Part shown: positions 1-8,698 of the stretch, in pieces
How the letters are laid out: every line of letters begins with the position of its first letter
Position numbering within the stretch: position 1 is the stretch's first letter
DNA from: Alphaproteobacteria bacterium
GTDB taxonomy: Bacteria > Pseudomonadota > Alphaproteobacteria > Bin95
NCBI GenBank assembly: GCA_964291285.2
Contig: OZ219786.1
Span: 512,001 to 576,000 of the forward strand
Direction of reading: 5' to 3'
DNA: 64,000 nucleotides
Translations under genes and position numbers: made by a program
Notes under the pieces: model-generated
The model's database searches: none
What the model saw: only the letters and a program-made list of their open reading frames with translations
What the model was told of the DNA's origin: nothing

Positions 1-574
1 GCGTCCGGCCGTCCGGGCCGAGCGCCGCGACAGGCGCGGGGTCCAGCCCGGAAAGGGACCGCGACACGGCCGCCACGGCTTCCGCAAAGGTCCCCCGGAA
101 GCGGCGCGCCTCGCCCAGCCGGTAGCTCCGGTCCGTCAGCCAGACGAGCTCGACGCCCGCCATCGCGCTCCAGCGCGCCAGCGCCTGGCGCAGCGTCTCG
201 CCCCGCGCCACGCTCCAGTCCGCAACGCCCCGGCCCGCGGTCGCCAGCTCGACCTCGCCGGGCGGCAGCCCCGCGGGGCGCACATGAACCTCGCCGCCAT
301 GGCGCTCCCAGGCGAGCCCGAAATCCCACAGCAGCACCCGCCAGTCCGTGTAGACCGCCCGCGCCCGGCGCCCGGTGTCCACGCGCCGGTCCCAGCGCAG
401 CCTCGCGCCCGCCGGAACCAGCCGCGCCGCAACCTCCGCGATCCCCAGACGGTCCGGCGGTCCATGGATGAACATCGAACGGTCCGACTCCACGGGCGTC
501 CAGGAGAAGCCCGCCGCCGCCGGCGCCGGCGACAGCGCCGCCAGCACCGCCAGCACCCTCGGCAATGCCGTCAC
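1..574 (-). CDS. TcpQ-domain pilus biogenesis protein with signal peptide (3' end outside window)
   Basis: Manually translated from GTG 574, which overlaps the DotD stop (GTGA): MTALPRVLAVLAALSPAPAAA...WSVARGETLRQALARWSAMAGVELVWLTDRSYRL...FRGTFAEAV, a TcpQ-type motif. Not in the ORF track because it runs off the edge. Confidence 0.75.
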   Translation of the reverse strand, partial: MTALPRVLAVLAALSPAPAAAGFSWTPVESDRSMFIHGPPDRLGIAEVAARLVPAGARLRWDRRVDTGRRARAVYTDWRVLLWDFGLAWERHGGEVHVRPAGLPPGEVELATAGRGVADWSVARGETLRQALARWSAMAGVELVWLTDRSYRLGEARRFRGTFAEAVAAVSRSLSGLDPAPVAALGPDGRT

Positions 575-1101
575 GACCCCTCCCCGCCGGGAGGCGGCGG
601 ATCCGCCGCCTCCGGCCCGATCCAGTCCAGCCGCACGGCCATCCGCCCGGCATCCGTCGTCAGCAGCGCCCGCCCCCCGGCCTGGAGACCGATATCGCGA
701 AGCACGAAGATCACCGGCTCGTCCTCGACATCGACCGAGACCATCACCGGCGCCGGCGGGCGCGGACCGGCGACCACGAAGTCGTAGCCGATCTCCGCCG
801 CAAGCCGCTCCGCCACCCGCTCCAGCGGGCCCAGCCAGTCCAGCGTCACCCGCGTCTGCAGCTCCGGCGTCACCAGGCGCGGCACATCGACCGCAGGCGG
901 CGCGCCGGCCGCGCGGACCTCCGCCAGCCGCGTCAGCGCCTCCTGCGCCAGAACCATCGCCTCGGCTATCCGCATCTCCGCCGGGTCGCCCGCGACCGCC
1001 GCCGCGGACCGGTCCTGCGCCCGGCCGGGATCGAGCGACTGGCAGCCGGCAAGCGCCAGCGCCCCGGCCACCATCCCGCCAAGCGCCGCGCCCACGCTCA
1101 T
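571..1101 (-). CDS. DotD/TraH family lipoprotein
   Basis: Lipobox LALAGC; VTLDWLGPLERVAERLAAEIGY and LRDIGLQAG match DotD; ATG 1101 overlaps the upstream stop (ATGA). Confidence 0.8.
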   Translation of the reverse strand: MSVGAALGGMVAGALALAGCQSLDPGRAQDRSAAAVAGDPAEMRIAEAMVLAQEALTRLAEVRAAGAPPAVDVPRLVTPELQTRVTLDWLGPLERVAERLAAEIGYDFVVAGPRPPAPVMVSVDVEDEPVIFVLRDIGLQAGGRALLTTDAGRMAVRLDWIGPEAADPPPPGGEGS

Positions 1102-2015
1102 GGCGCCGCGCTCCCGATATCGCGCACCACAAGCCAACGGTTCGGATAGGCCGTCGCCGTCAGCGTCCGGCGCATCGGCCGGGTCGCCAGCAGCGCGTCT
1201 GCTGCCGCCAGGAACCCCTCCTCCTCCGTACCGCCCGCCGGAAACGACGCCGCCGCGCCCACCGCATAACGCCGCGCGCTCCGCCAGGCCACCTGCCAGC
1301 CGGCGCGCGCCGCCCAGGCCCGCAGCACCTCCTCCACCGTACCGTGCTCGTCCGGCGCCACTTCCCAGGCCGGCGGCGGCGCCGGCGCCGCCTCTTCCGG
1401 CGCCGCCCCGTCCTGTCCCTCCAGCGCCGCAGCAGCAGCGGGAGCCGCCGGCGCCGCGTCCGCCCCGGCGGACCGGGCGGCCTCCGCCTCGTTCTCCGCA
1501 ACCGCGGCCAGGACGCCGACCGCAACGCCCGCAGGCAGATGCTGCGCCCCGCGCTGCTCCCGATCCGCATAGCGCCAGAAAACCACCCGCCCGTCCTCCC
1601 AGCCCCAGTCGTAGCCCGACAGCCGGGCGATCTCGTCCAGAACCTCCGGAACCGTCCCCCGCATCGAAAGGCCGAACGGAACCGCCGGCTCGAGAACGAG
1701 ATCGCCGTCCAGGACACGGCCCGGGCGGTCCTGAAGCACCGCCTTCACCCCCGCCAGGTCCGCAACCAGACCCGCCAGTTCCCGGAAGGGCAGAGGGGTC
1801 AGCTGCCTGACCTCGATTTCAAGGTCGGAGACTTCGACGGGGAGATCCCTCGACGGCGCCGCGACCGTCACCGTCGCCGCCAGGGGCGCCGCACCCGGCG
1901 CGCCCGCCTGCGACGCCGGCGACAGCAGGGCAAGCGACACGGCAAGCAGGAACCCCATCAGCAGCAGCAGCTCCGCGCCCGTTCGTTCAACCCGCCTCCG
2001 GTTACCGTTCCGCAC
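1098..2015 (-). CDS. PilL/TcpQ-domain pilus outer-membrane accessory protein
   Basis: Signal peptide; C-terminal WEV..HGTVEEVLRAWAARAGWQVAWRSARRY TcpQ motif; start codon uncertain. Confidence 0.7.
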   Translation of the reverse strand: MRNGNRRRVERTGAELLLLMGFLLAVSLALLSPASQAGAPGAAPLAATVTVAAPSRDLPVEVSDLEIEVRQLTPLPFRELAGLVADLAGVKAVLQDRPGRVLDGDLVLEPAVPFGLSMRGTVPEVLDEIARLSGYDWGWEDGRVVFWRYADREQRGAQHLPAGVAVGVLAAVAENEAEAARSAGADAAPAAPAAAAALEGQDGAAPEEAAPAPPPAWEVAPDEHGTVEEVLRAWAARAGWQVAWRSARRYAVGAAASFPAGGTEEEGFLAAADALLATRPMRRTLTATAYPNRWLVVRDIGSAAP

Positions 2016-3039
2016 CGAACGCCCCCACGATTCCGTTCCGCTCGAACACGCCGCCCACCTCTCCGTGATTGCGCCCGTAGAACCGGCCCTCGATCGAGCC
2101 GGTCGCGCCGCTGGCCTCGAATGCGCCCCGCGCCACCGGGATATCCTCCCAGCGCATGTCCGCCCTGGCCGCACCGTCGGCGCCCCTCATGCCCGTGAAC
2201 GAGACGTCCACCTCCGGCCTCGCGAAATCCCCGATGCGGATCTCCACGACGCCCTCGACGCGACGCCCGGCCGCGCCCTCCAGACCCCCGACCGAACCGG
2301 TCCAGACACCGCCGCCGGGCGCCGCCGGGTCCGTTCGGAACCAGGCGCCGAAGGAAACCGCCCCCGCGCCATCCACCAGACCGAACACGCTGTCTGCCAG
2401 CCGCCGGCCCCGGAAGCCGGACCCGTTCCCGCGCAGCAGCCGGTCCGCCAGAGCGCCCGCATCCACGTTCCCGGACGTGCTGGAGGCGAACGTGTCCCCG
2501 ACGCCGAGCCGCTCGCCCCGGCGCCAGTCCCACGGCGCCACGAATGCGCCGCGATGGACGCCGCGCCGCTGCGAGCGCGCCTCTTCCTCCTCGTCGGCAT
2601 AGGCCTCGCCGCCATATTGCCGGTAGGCCAGCGCCCAGCCGTTCGCGACAAGCCAGGCGTTGAGATCCACCCCGCCCGCGGAACAGGCCCCGATGGAACG
2701 CCCGTAGCGGTCCGTGTCGCTTCCCGTGCAGCCCATGCCCTGAGCGCGCGACATGAGCGCCTCCGTCGCCGCCGCCCCGCAGTTCCATGTCCGGCCCCAG
2801 GCCCGGCAGGTCTGCCGGCTCTCCGGCGCGTCGATCCCGTGCAGCCGCCAGCGCACGCCGTCGATATCCACCGTGTCGGCATCGATCACCCGGACTTGCG
2901 TGCCCGGCTCGGGCGCGGCGGGCGCGGGCACAGTGGGTGCGGTTGCCGAAAGGGGGCCGGAAGGGGAGGGCGAGCCGCCGCCGCCGCAGGCCGACACGGC
3001 AAGCAGGAACGCCATCAGCAGCAGAAGCTCCGCGCCCGT
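1935..3039. repeat. 48-bp direct repeat (1935-1982 and 2992-3039, 46/48 identical) encoding the shared signal-peptide segment RTGAELLLLMxFLLAVS
   Basis: Direct alignment of CGACACGGCAAGCAGGAAC[C/G]CCATCAGCAGCAG[C/A]AGCTCCGCGCCCGT. Confidence 0.9.
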
Positions 3040-3114
3040 GCGCCCGGCCCGCCTGTGGCGCGCTGTCGGACCCGACGGCGGCATCCGGAGCCGCATGGTC
3101 TCCATACCCCGCAT
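2002..3114 (-). CDS. Thermonuclease (SNase) lipoprotein fused to a C-terminal TbpB-like beta-barrel
   Basis: Lipobox LAVSAC-GGGG; VIDADT, RLHGIDAPE, DRYGR and LVANGWALAY SNase motifs; C-terminus IEGRFYGRNHGEVGGVFERNGIVGAFGAER resembles transferrin-binding-protein-like barrels. Confidence 0.8.
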   Translation of the reverse strand: MRGMETMRLRMPPSGPTARHRRAGRTGAELLLLMAFLLAVSACGGGGSPSPSGPLSATAPTVPAPAAPEPGTQVRVIDADTVDIDGVRWRLHGIDAPESRQTCRAWGRTWNCGAAATEALMSRAQGMGCTGSDTDRYGRSIGACSAGGVDLNAWLVANGWALAYRQYGGEAYADEEEEARSQRRGVHRGAFVAPWDWRRGERLGVGDTFASSTSGNVDAGALADRLLRGNGSGFRGRRLADSVFGLVDGAGAVSFGAWFRTDPAAPGGGVWTGSVGGLEGAAGRRVEGVVEIRIGDFARPEVDVSFTGMRGADGAARADMRWEDIPVARGAFEASGATGSIEGRFYGRNHGEVGGVFERNGIVGAFGAER

Positions 3115-4289
3115 CACTCGCCGGCTCCCGCACAGCGGCGCAGTGCCGCCCGGGCCGCCCGGTTGTCTGCCTCCGGAACCCGGTTCCAGACCGAGTTGTG
3201 ACCGTTGCTCACCAGCGCGCCGGTCGCGAAGGCCGCATCCATGAACCGCAACACATCCTCCCTGTCCGTGAACAACGGATCGTGGAAGCCGGCCGCCGCG
3301 CCGCCGCCGCGCGTCACCGGGCCGAACCGCTCCACGGGCCCGCCCGGAACCCCGGCCGCCGCCTGCACCCGCTTGCCGCGCGGCACCGTCCCGAAGGACA
3401 GCAGCGCCTCCAGCCGCCCGTCCGCCCGCTCGCACGTCACCGCGAACCCGATCCGCAGCCCCTCGCCGGCGCCCGGCAGCCGCTCCGCCACCCCGAACGC
3501 CAGCACCGGCCCGTCAGCCACGCGAAGCGCGAACGACCGCGCCTCGGGCGTCTCCACCGGCGCCTCGGCCGCAGCGCCGGACAAACTCGCGAGCCCCAGC
3601 GCCGCTGCCGCCGTCAGCGCGACCATCGCCGTCGCCAGCCAGAGCCCCGGACCCGCCCGGTCGGCCGGCACAGCCGGCCGCCCCCTCAGCAGCCCCTGCC
3701 GGCGCGCCAGGTCCCGTCCGGCCAGCTCCCGCCGGTCCTGCAGCGCACCCCGCCCGCACAACACCCGCCACGGGCCCACCCCGTGCCGGGCGCCCAACGC
3801 GCCCAGGACCAGCCAGTCCGACACGCCCGACAGCAGGCAGAACACAACCCCGGAAACCACGACCAGCGCGATCCAGAACGCCGCCTTCGCCCCGATCTGC
3901 CGGAACCCCTCCTCCGCCGCTCCGGCGATCTCCGCCTTCGTCGCCGCCGGATCCCCCAGCGCCGACAGGGGCTCCAGCAGCACGGACATGAACTCCGCAA
4001 ACACGTTCAGGAGCGCGAGGGCCATCAATGGAAACAGGACGAACCTGAGGTCCCGCTCGCAGGTCCAGGCAAGAACACGGCGCAGGCGGCGGCCGGGGCC
4101 GGGCGCCCCATCCATCCTGAGCGCGGCCCAGGCCAGCGCCGCCCCGGCGGCGTAAGCCGCAACGAACCAGTACGGGCCGGCCGCGGCCGCCGCCGGCGGC
4201 ATGAGCAACAGCATCCCGGCAAGGGACGCCCTGACCGTGCGCCTTGCCTCCCGGATCTCCCAGGCTTCCAGGCCGAGGCCCCCGCTCAT
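3114..4289 (-). CDS. Hypothetical membrane protein (possibly two fused units)
   Basis: Several hydrophobic helices, then a second signal-like segment and a soluble domain; coupled to neighbours by overlapping start/stop codons. Confidence 0.55.
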   Translation of the reverse strand: MSGGLGLEAWEIREARRTVRASLAGMLLLMPPAAAAAGPYWFVAAYAAGAALAWAALRMDGAPGPGRRLRRVLAWTCERDLRFVLFPLMALALLNVFAEFMSVLLEPLSALGDPAATKAEIAGAAEEGFRQIGAKAAFWIALVVVSGVVFCLLSGVSDWLVLGALGARHGVGPWRVLCGRGALQDRRELAGRDLARRQGLLRGRPAVPADRAGPGLWLATAMVALTAAAALGLASLSGAAAEAPVETPEARSFALRVADGPVLAFGVAERLPGAGEGLRIGFAVTCERADGRLEALLSFGTVPRGKRVQAAAGVPGGPVERFGPVTRGGGAAAGFHDPLFTDREDVLRFMDAAFATGALVSNGHNSVWNRVPEADNRAARAALRRCAGAGE

Positions 4290-4609
4290 CGCGCCGCCCT
4301 CCCGGAATGGCGGCCCTCCGGGCCGAAGGCCGCGGCGAGCGACTGCCGGAGCGTCTTGCCCGTGCGCGCCGCCAGCACCGCCAGCCCCGCGCCCGCGGCA
4401 GCCCCGCAGAGGCAGAGCGCCCCGGCGGCGGTCAACAGGGCGGCAGAGGCGCTCCCCGACAGCAGGACGGCTGCTGCCGAGCCGAGCACCGGCAGCGACA
4501 GGCCCGCCAGCAGGAAAGCGCGGAACACAGGCACGGTCTCCGCGCGCCCGGCGCCTGTGCCGGCGTCTGCGCCGCCGCCGCGCCCGACTGCATCTTCCGG
4601 CCGGTTCAT
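4286..4609 (-). CDS. Small hypothetical membrane protein
   Basis: ATG 4609 with GAGGAGGG RBS; two hydrophobic segments; stop overlaps next ATG. Confidence 0.55.
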   Translation of the reverse strand: MNRPEDAVGRGGGADAGTGAGRAETVPVFRAFLLAGLSLPVLGSAAAVLLSGSASAALLTAAGALCLCGAAAGAGLAVLAARTGKTLRQSLAAAFGPEGRHSGRAAR

Positions 4610-4619
4610 CGCGCCCTCC

Positions 4620-5207
4620 TCATCCGAACCCGATATCGGCCAGGCCGAGGGGCGGGGCCGCGAGCGCCGCACCCGCACCCGCCGCCATGCCCGGCCCGAG
4701 CGGCGCATGGCCGCGCAGGCAGGACCGTCCGCGCCGGCGCTGCACGCAGGCATGGCGGGCCAGCGCGCAGGCCGCGCCGACCGGCAGCGCCCAGACCAGG
4801 CCCCGGGGGCCGAGCAGGCAGCCGAGCGCGGCGAACAGCAGCGCGTCGCCGGGCTGCAACGGCCAGCGCCGCCCGAGGGCCTCCGCCGCGGCGATCGGGA
4901 CAGCGCCGGCGAGGAACCCGGCGCCCGCGCCCGCCAGCGCCCGCCACAGGCCCTGCGCCGCATCGGGACCGAACGGCGCCGCCTGCCACAGCACGCCCGC
5001 GCCGGCGAGCAGGCACAGCCACAACGGGTCGATCCGCAGGCGCCGCGCATCGATGCGCCCGAGCTGAACCAGCGCGCCGCAGGCCCAGGCCAGCGCCACG
5101 GCGTCAAGGACCGCAGCGCCACGCGCGCCGACCGTCAGCGCCGCCGCCGCGGGCGCCAGGCAGGCCGCCATGAACAGCAGCACGGTGCGGGCGCGCGCCG
5201 GGGTCAT
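4620..5207 (-). CDS. Prepilin peptidase (A24, PilU-like)
   Basis: Polytopic; candidate catalytic aspartates in RIDARRLRID and QPGDALLF; C-terminal PLGPGM motif. Confidence 0.8.
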   Translation of the reverse strand: MTPARARTVLLFMAACLAPAAAALTVGARGAAVLDAVALAWACGALVQLGRIDARRLRIDPLWLCLLAGAGVLWQAAPFGPDAAQGLWRALAGAGAGFLAGAVPIAAAEALGRRWPLQPGDALLFAALGCLLGPRGLVWALPVGAACALARHACVQRRRGRSCLRGHAPLGPGMAAGAGAALAAPPLGLADIGFG

Positions 5208-5440
5208 CGCGGCCCGCCCTCCGCCGCGCCGACCGCGGCCTGCCAGGAATGCCGTTTCGCCTCCCGGCCCAGGCGGGGCAGCGCACGAAGCGCCTCCGGG
5301 AACCCCGTGCGCCGGGCCGCCGCAATCACGGCCAGCCCGCTCACCCTCACGGAGAAAACCGCATGGAATATCTCACGGAGATGTCCGCCTGCCTCCGGGC
5401 CGCCGGCAGGCCTCTCGCGGCAGGAACAGGGCGCCGTCAC
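5204..5440 (-). CDS. Small hypothetical protein
   Basis: GTG 5440 overlaps upstream stop and its stop overlaps the peptidase ATG, filling the operon gap. Confidence 0.35.
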   Translation of the reverse strand: MTAPCSCRERPAGGPEAGGHLREIFHAVFSVRVSGLAVIAAARRTGFPEALRALPRLGREAKRHSWQAAVGAAEGGPR

Positions 5441-6030
5441 CGCCCGTCCTTTCCGAACAGGAACAGCCGGTACCGTTGCTGCGCGGCCCGTTCCCCGGAC
5501 GCCAGCTCCCGCAGGGCGGTCCGCAGGCCGATCCCGCGGCGCCCGGCGACGAGAGCGACCCACGCCCCGTCCGCCGCGCATCCCAGCGCCAGCGCCGACA
5601 GGGCGATCCAGCCCGCCAGGCCCGCCGTCGCCGCCTCTCCCGCCAGGCAGAAGACGAGAGCCATGACCGCAAGCGCGAACCGCCCTCCGCCGGTGCGGTC
5701 CAGGATCGGCATCGCCCTGCCGTTCCGGTGGACCCGGCGCTCCAGGGCGAAGAACAGCGGAACCCCGGCGGCATAACACACGAGACCGCCAGCCACCTGC
5801 CAGGGCCGCACCTGTCCGGGATCGACAAGGCAGGCGCCCGACAGCACGATCGCCGCAAACGCCGACGCCAGAAGGGAGTGGCTGCAGTGGAGGGTCTCCC
5901 GCCCGAAGCCGTCGAAGCCTTCGCCGCACAGCGCATCCTCCCGGCTCCTGCCCGGGTCTTCGCGGGATTCCTCTGCGGCCTTGCCCGGTTCGACCGGCCG
6001 GCCCCGCGCGAGACGGGCGGGCCAGCGCAT
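5437..6030 (-). CDS. Hypothetical membrane protein (about 4 TM)
   Basis: ATG 6030 coupled to upstream TGA; hydrophobic helices in the C-terminal part of ORF 5437..6468. Confidence 0.55.
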   Translation of the reverse strand: MRWPARLARGRPVEPGKAAEESREDPGRSREDALCGEGFDGFGRETLHCSHSLLASAFAAIVLSGACLVDPGQVRPWQVAGGLVCYAAGVPLFFALERRVHRNGRAMPILDRTGGGRFALAVMALVFCLAGEAATAGLAGWIALSALALGCAADGAWVALVAGRRGIGLRTALRELASGERAAQQRYRLFLFGKDGR

Positions 6031-6449
6031 CACGGCCCGTCCTCCATGACGCCGAAGGTGGCCGGGAAGAGGCGGCACCAGCGCTGGAGGTCCGCCTCGC
6101 GGCAGAGTCCGGGGCGCAGCGTGCGGGCCGGCGAGCCGAGCGCGGCGCGCTCCAGGTTCCAGGCCATGAGCTGCTGCTGGGCGCGGCGCAGGCGCCGCAT
6201 GGCGGCCAGGTCGCGGACCAGCGCCTCGCGGACCGCCAGGACCTCGCCGCGCGCCGCGGCCCAGCTGTCCGCAGCCGCACTCCGCGCCGGGACCGCGCTC
6301 CGCGCCGGAGACGCCTCCTGCGCCGCCGCGCCCGGCGCCAGCACGAGCCAGGCAGCGAGGCCTGCGAGGCCCGCGAGGCCTGCGAGGGCCGTGAGGCCTG
6401 CGAGGGCCGTGAGGCCTGCGCGGCCTGCGGGGGAAGCCGGCCTCAGCAT
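6030..6449 (-). CDS. Hypothetical secreted protein
   Basis: Signal peptide containing AGL/TAL repeats, a helical segment and a Cys pair (LC..WC). Confidence 0.55.
   Translation of the reverse strand: MLRPASPAGRAGLTALAGLTALAGLAGLAGLAAWLVLAPGAAAQEASPARSAVPARSAAADSWAAARGEVLAVREALVRDLAAMRRLRRAQQQLMAWNLERAALGSPARTLRPGLCREADLQRWCRLFPATFGVMEDGP
6355..6429. repeat. Imperfect 9-bp tandem repeat encoding (AGL/TAL)n in a signal peptide
   Basis: GCGAGGCCT/GCGAGGGCC/GTGAGGCCT units seen directly. Confidence 0.75.
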
Positions 6450-7504
6450 CCCGAACAGCTCCCGACATTCAGGAACCCGAACGTTCCCGTTCCCCGGACC
6501 GAGACGGAGCCGGAGACGGTGACGCCCGGCGCGGTGAGATTGCCGTCCGCCTCGATGCTGCCGGCGGTGACCGCGCCGGCGATATCGGCGCTGCCGGCCT
6601 CCAGCGCGCCCGTGGCCGCGACGCTGGCGGCGCGCACATCGCCGGTGAACGCCGCATCGCCGCGGAAGTCGGCCGCGCCCAGCGCGGTGAAGCTCCCCGT
6701 CACCTCCACCGCGCCCGGCGCGGCGGCCGATCCCACCGACAGCGTCCGGCCGACCCGGAACGCGCCGGCGCGCAGTTCGCGCTCCACCTCCAGTTCGCCC
6801 GCCGTCAGCACCTTCACCCCGACCAGGTCGTTGCCGCCCATGTCGAGGCCGGTCTCCATGCGGGTTGCGTCCGGACAGCCGGGGCGGGCGCGCCGGAAGA
6901 GCGCGCCGCCGCACACGGCCCCGGCATCGAGCTGGCGGTAGACCGCGAGCGCCATGGCGCGCGGATGGCCGCCGGCAGCGGCCCGGAACGCCGCCAGGTC
7001 CTCCTGCACGGTGGGACCCCGGAGCAGGCCGGCCGCGTCCACCACGCCGAGCGCCTGGCGCCCGCGGGCCTCGAACGCCGCCTCCGCCGGCCAGCGCGCG
7101 TCGCCGTCCGGGACCAGCTGCATCGACAGCAGCCGCAGCCGCCCGCCGCCCATCGAGACCGCCCAGGCCGCCGCCGGGCGCTTCATCGCGTCGCCCGCCC
7201 GGTCGAACCCCTCCGGCAGCAGCCTGTCCGCCCTGAGGCGGTCGATATCGATCTCGCGCGCCGCGCCGGCCGGCAGCGCCGCCCAGGTCCCCCAGTCCGC
7301 GCGGGCATGGGCTTCCGCCGCCTGCGCCAGCACGACCAGCTTGCGCGCCGCGCTCACGCCGTGCGCCGCCGCCATGCGGCCCTGCATCCAGAGCGCGAAG
7401 GCGAGCGCGATCATCAGCATCACCACCACCGCCGCCAGCGCGCCGACCGGCGTCAGCCCGCGCCAGCGCCGCACCCGCAGCCGGCGTGCGAACCCCCGCC
7501 TCAC
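6443..7504 (-). CDS. PilV-like (shufflon N-terminal type) minor pilin/adhesin
   Basis: Basic leader RRWRG|LTPVG plus hydrophobic helix; TRMETGLDMGGNDL is typical of IncI PilV; C-terminal beta-helix-like repeats and CSGC. Confidence 0.75.
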   Translation of the reverse strand: MRRGFARRLRVRRWRGLTPVGALAAVVVMLMIALAFALWMQGRMAAAHGVSAARKLVVLAQAAEAHARADWGTWAALPAGAAREIDIDRLRADRLLPEGFDRAGDAMKRPAAAWAVSMGGGRLRLLSMQLVPDGDARWPAEAAFEARGRQALGVVDAAGLLRGPTVQEDLAAFRAAAGGHPRAMALAVYRQLDAGAVCGGALFRRARPGCPDATRMETGLDMGGNDLVGVKVLTAGELEVERELRAGAFRVGRTLSVGSAAAPGAVEVTGSFTALGAADFRGDAAFTGDVRAASVAATGALEAGSADIAGAVTAGSIEADGNLTAPGVTVSGSVSVRGTGTFGFLNVGSCSGC

Positions 7505-8694
7505 CGCGGGCTCCATCCCGACGACCGGCAGCCGGTGCAGCCGCCGGCGGTGACCTCGCCCGGGTCCCGGAACGAGCCGCTGTCCGCGCCCATCGAGCCG
7601 GCCGTCATCCCGCCCGCCCGCGCGGAGGAGCGCGCCGCCAGCCGCCCGGCCGCGTCCATGCGTCCGGCGACCGCCATGCGCGCCGCCGCCGCGCGGCCCT
7701 CCACCCTGAGCCCGCCGCCCACCGACAGCATCCCGCCGACGTCGAACTGCCGGGACGCGCCGCCGCCGAAGCGGAACCCTCCGCTCGCCCCGATGCCGGC
7801 GCGCCCGGGGCCGCTCTCCAGTTCGAGCCGCGCCGCCTGCGCCTCGCCGGCGCTGACCGCCCGCGCCTGCCCGGACCGGTCGGCCGCCGCATCCAGGCCC
7901 GCCGCGCGCCCGGCATTCAGCAGGTCGTGGCAGCGCCGCGCGGCCGGCGTCGCCGCCGCCCCGCAGTCCTCGCCCGGAACCACCGCCGCCGCGCCGTCGA
8001 TCTCCGCCGCCGGCAGCAGCGCCTGCCCGGACGCCCCGGCATTGGGGCCGAACACCAGGTCCGCCTCCATGCGCGCCAGCTCCGGGCGCCCGCCCACCGC
8101 GCGCCGGTGAAGCCGGTCCGCATCGCGCGCCACGCCCCAGTCGCCGGTCGCGAACAGCGAGCCCGCCGGCAGCGGACCCAGCACCGCCTCGACATCCGCA
8201 AGCCGGGCATGCATCGCCGTCGCCTCGCCGCCGACCGCGCCCACCAGGTCGAGGCCGCCCATCGCCGCGCCCGCCCGCAGCGCCGGAGACCGGAACGAAA
8301 GCTCCGGACCCGTCAGCGCGCAGGCCGCCATCGGAACCCCGTCCGCCAGCACAACCCCGTAGGAGGCCGACGCCACCCCGCCGCCGACCCGGCCCACCGC
8401 GGCCATCCCGGCCGGCAGCAGCGACCAGGCCTGCAGGTCCGCCGGCGCCACCGCCCGCGCCGCCGCCGCCCGGCGCGACTGCACCGCCCGGTCGAGCGCC
8501 GCGCAGGTCATCGCCCACACGCGCCCCCGCTCGCGGTCCAGTTCCGCCAGACGCAGGCTGTCGCGCTCGCGGCTCCACGCCGCCGCCAGCACCGCCAGCG
8601 AGAGCACCGCCAGCAGCGCTCCCAGCGGCAGCGCCGCCCCGCGACCGGCGCCCCGGCGCAACCGGAAGGACAGCGAAGGGCGCACCCGCCTCAC
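7501..8694 (-). CDS. Second PilV-like minor pilin
   Basis: Basic leader, hydrophobic helix, LHRRAVGGRPELARMEADL resembling the PilV LYR..V.G.PELN.M motif; C-terminal CTGC. Confidence 0.65.
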   Translation of the reverse strand: MRRVRPSLSFRLRRGAGRGAALPLGALLAVLSLAVLAAAWSRERDSLRLAELDRERGRVWAMTCAALDRAVQSRRAAAARAVAPADLQAWSLLPAGMAAVGRVGGGVASASYGVVLADGVPMAACALTGPELSFRSPALRAGAAMGGLDLVGAVGGEATAMHARLADVEAVLGPLPAGSLFATGDWGVARDADRLHRRAVGGRPELARMEADLVFGPNAGASGQALLPAAEIDGAAAVVPGEDCGAAATPAARRCHDLLNAGRAAGLDAAADRSGQARAVSAGEAQAARLELESGPGRAGIGASGGFRFGGGASRQFDVGGMLSVGGGLRVEGRAAAARMAVAGRMDAAGRLAARSSARAGGMTAGSMGADSGSFRDPGEVTAGGCTGCRSSGWSPR

Positions 8695-8698
8695 CCGC

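Noticed and set aside
6030-8694. Shufflon (Rci plus sfx inversion sites) after the pilV-like genes
   Set aside because: No tyrosine recombinase and no inverted alternative C-terminal cassettes seen.
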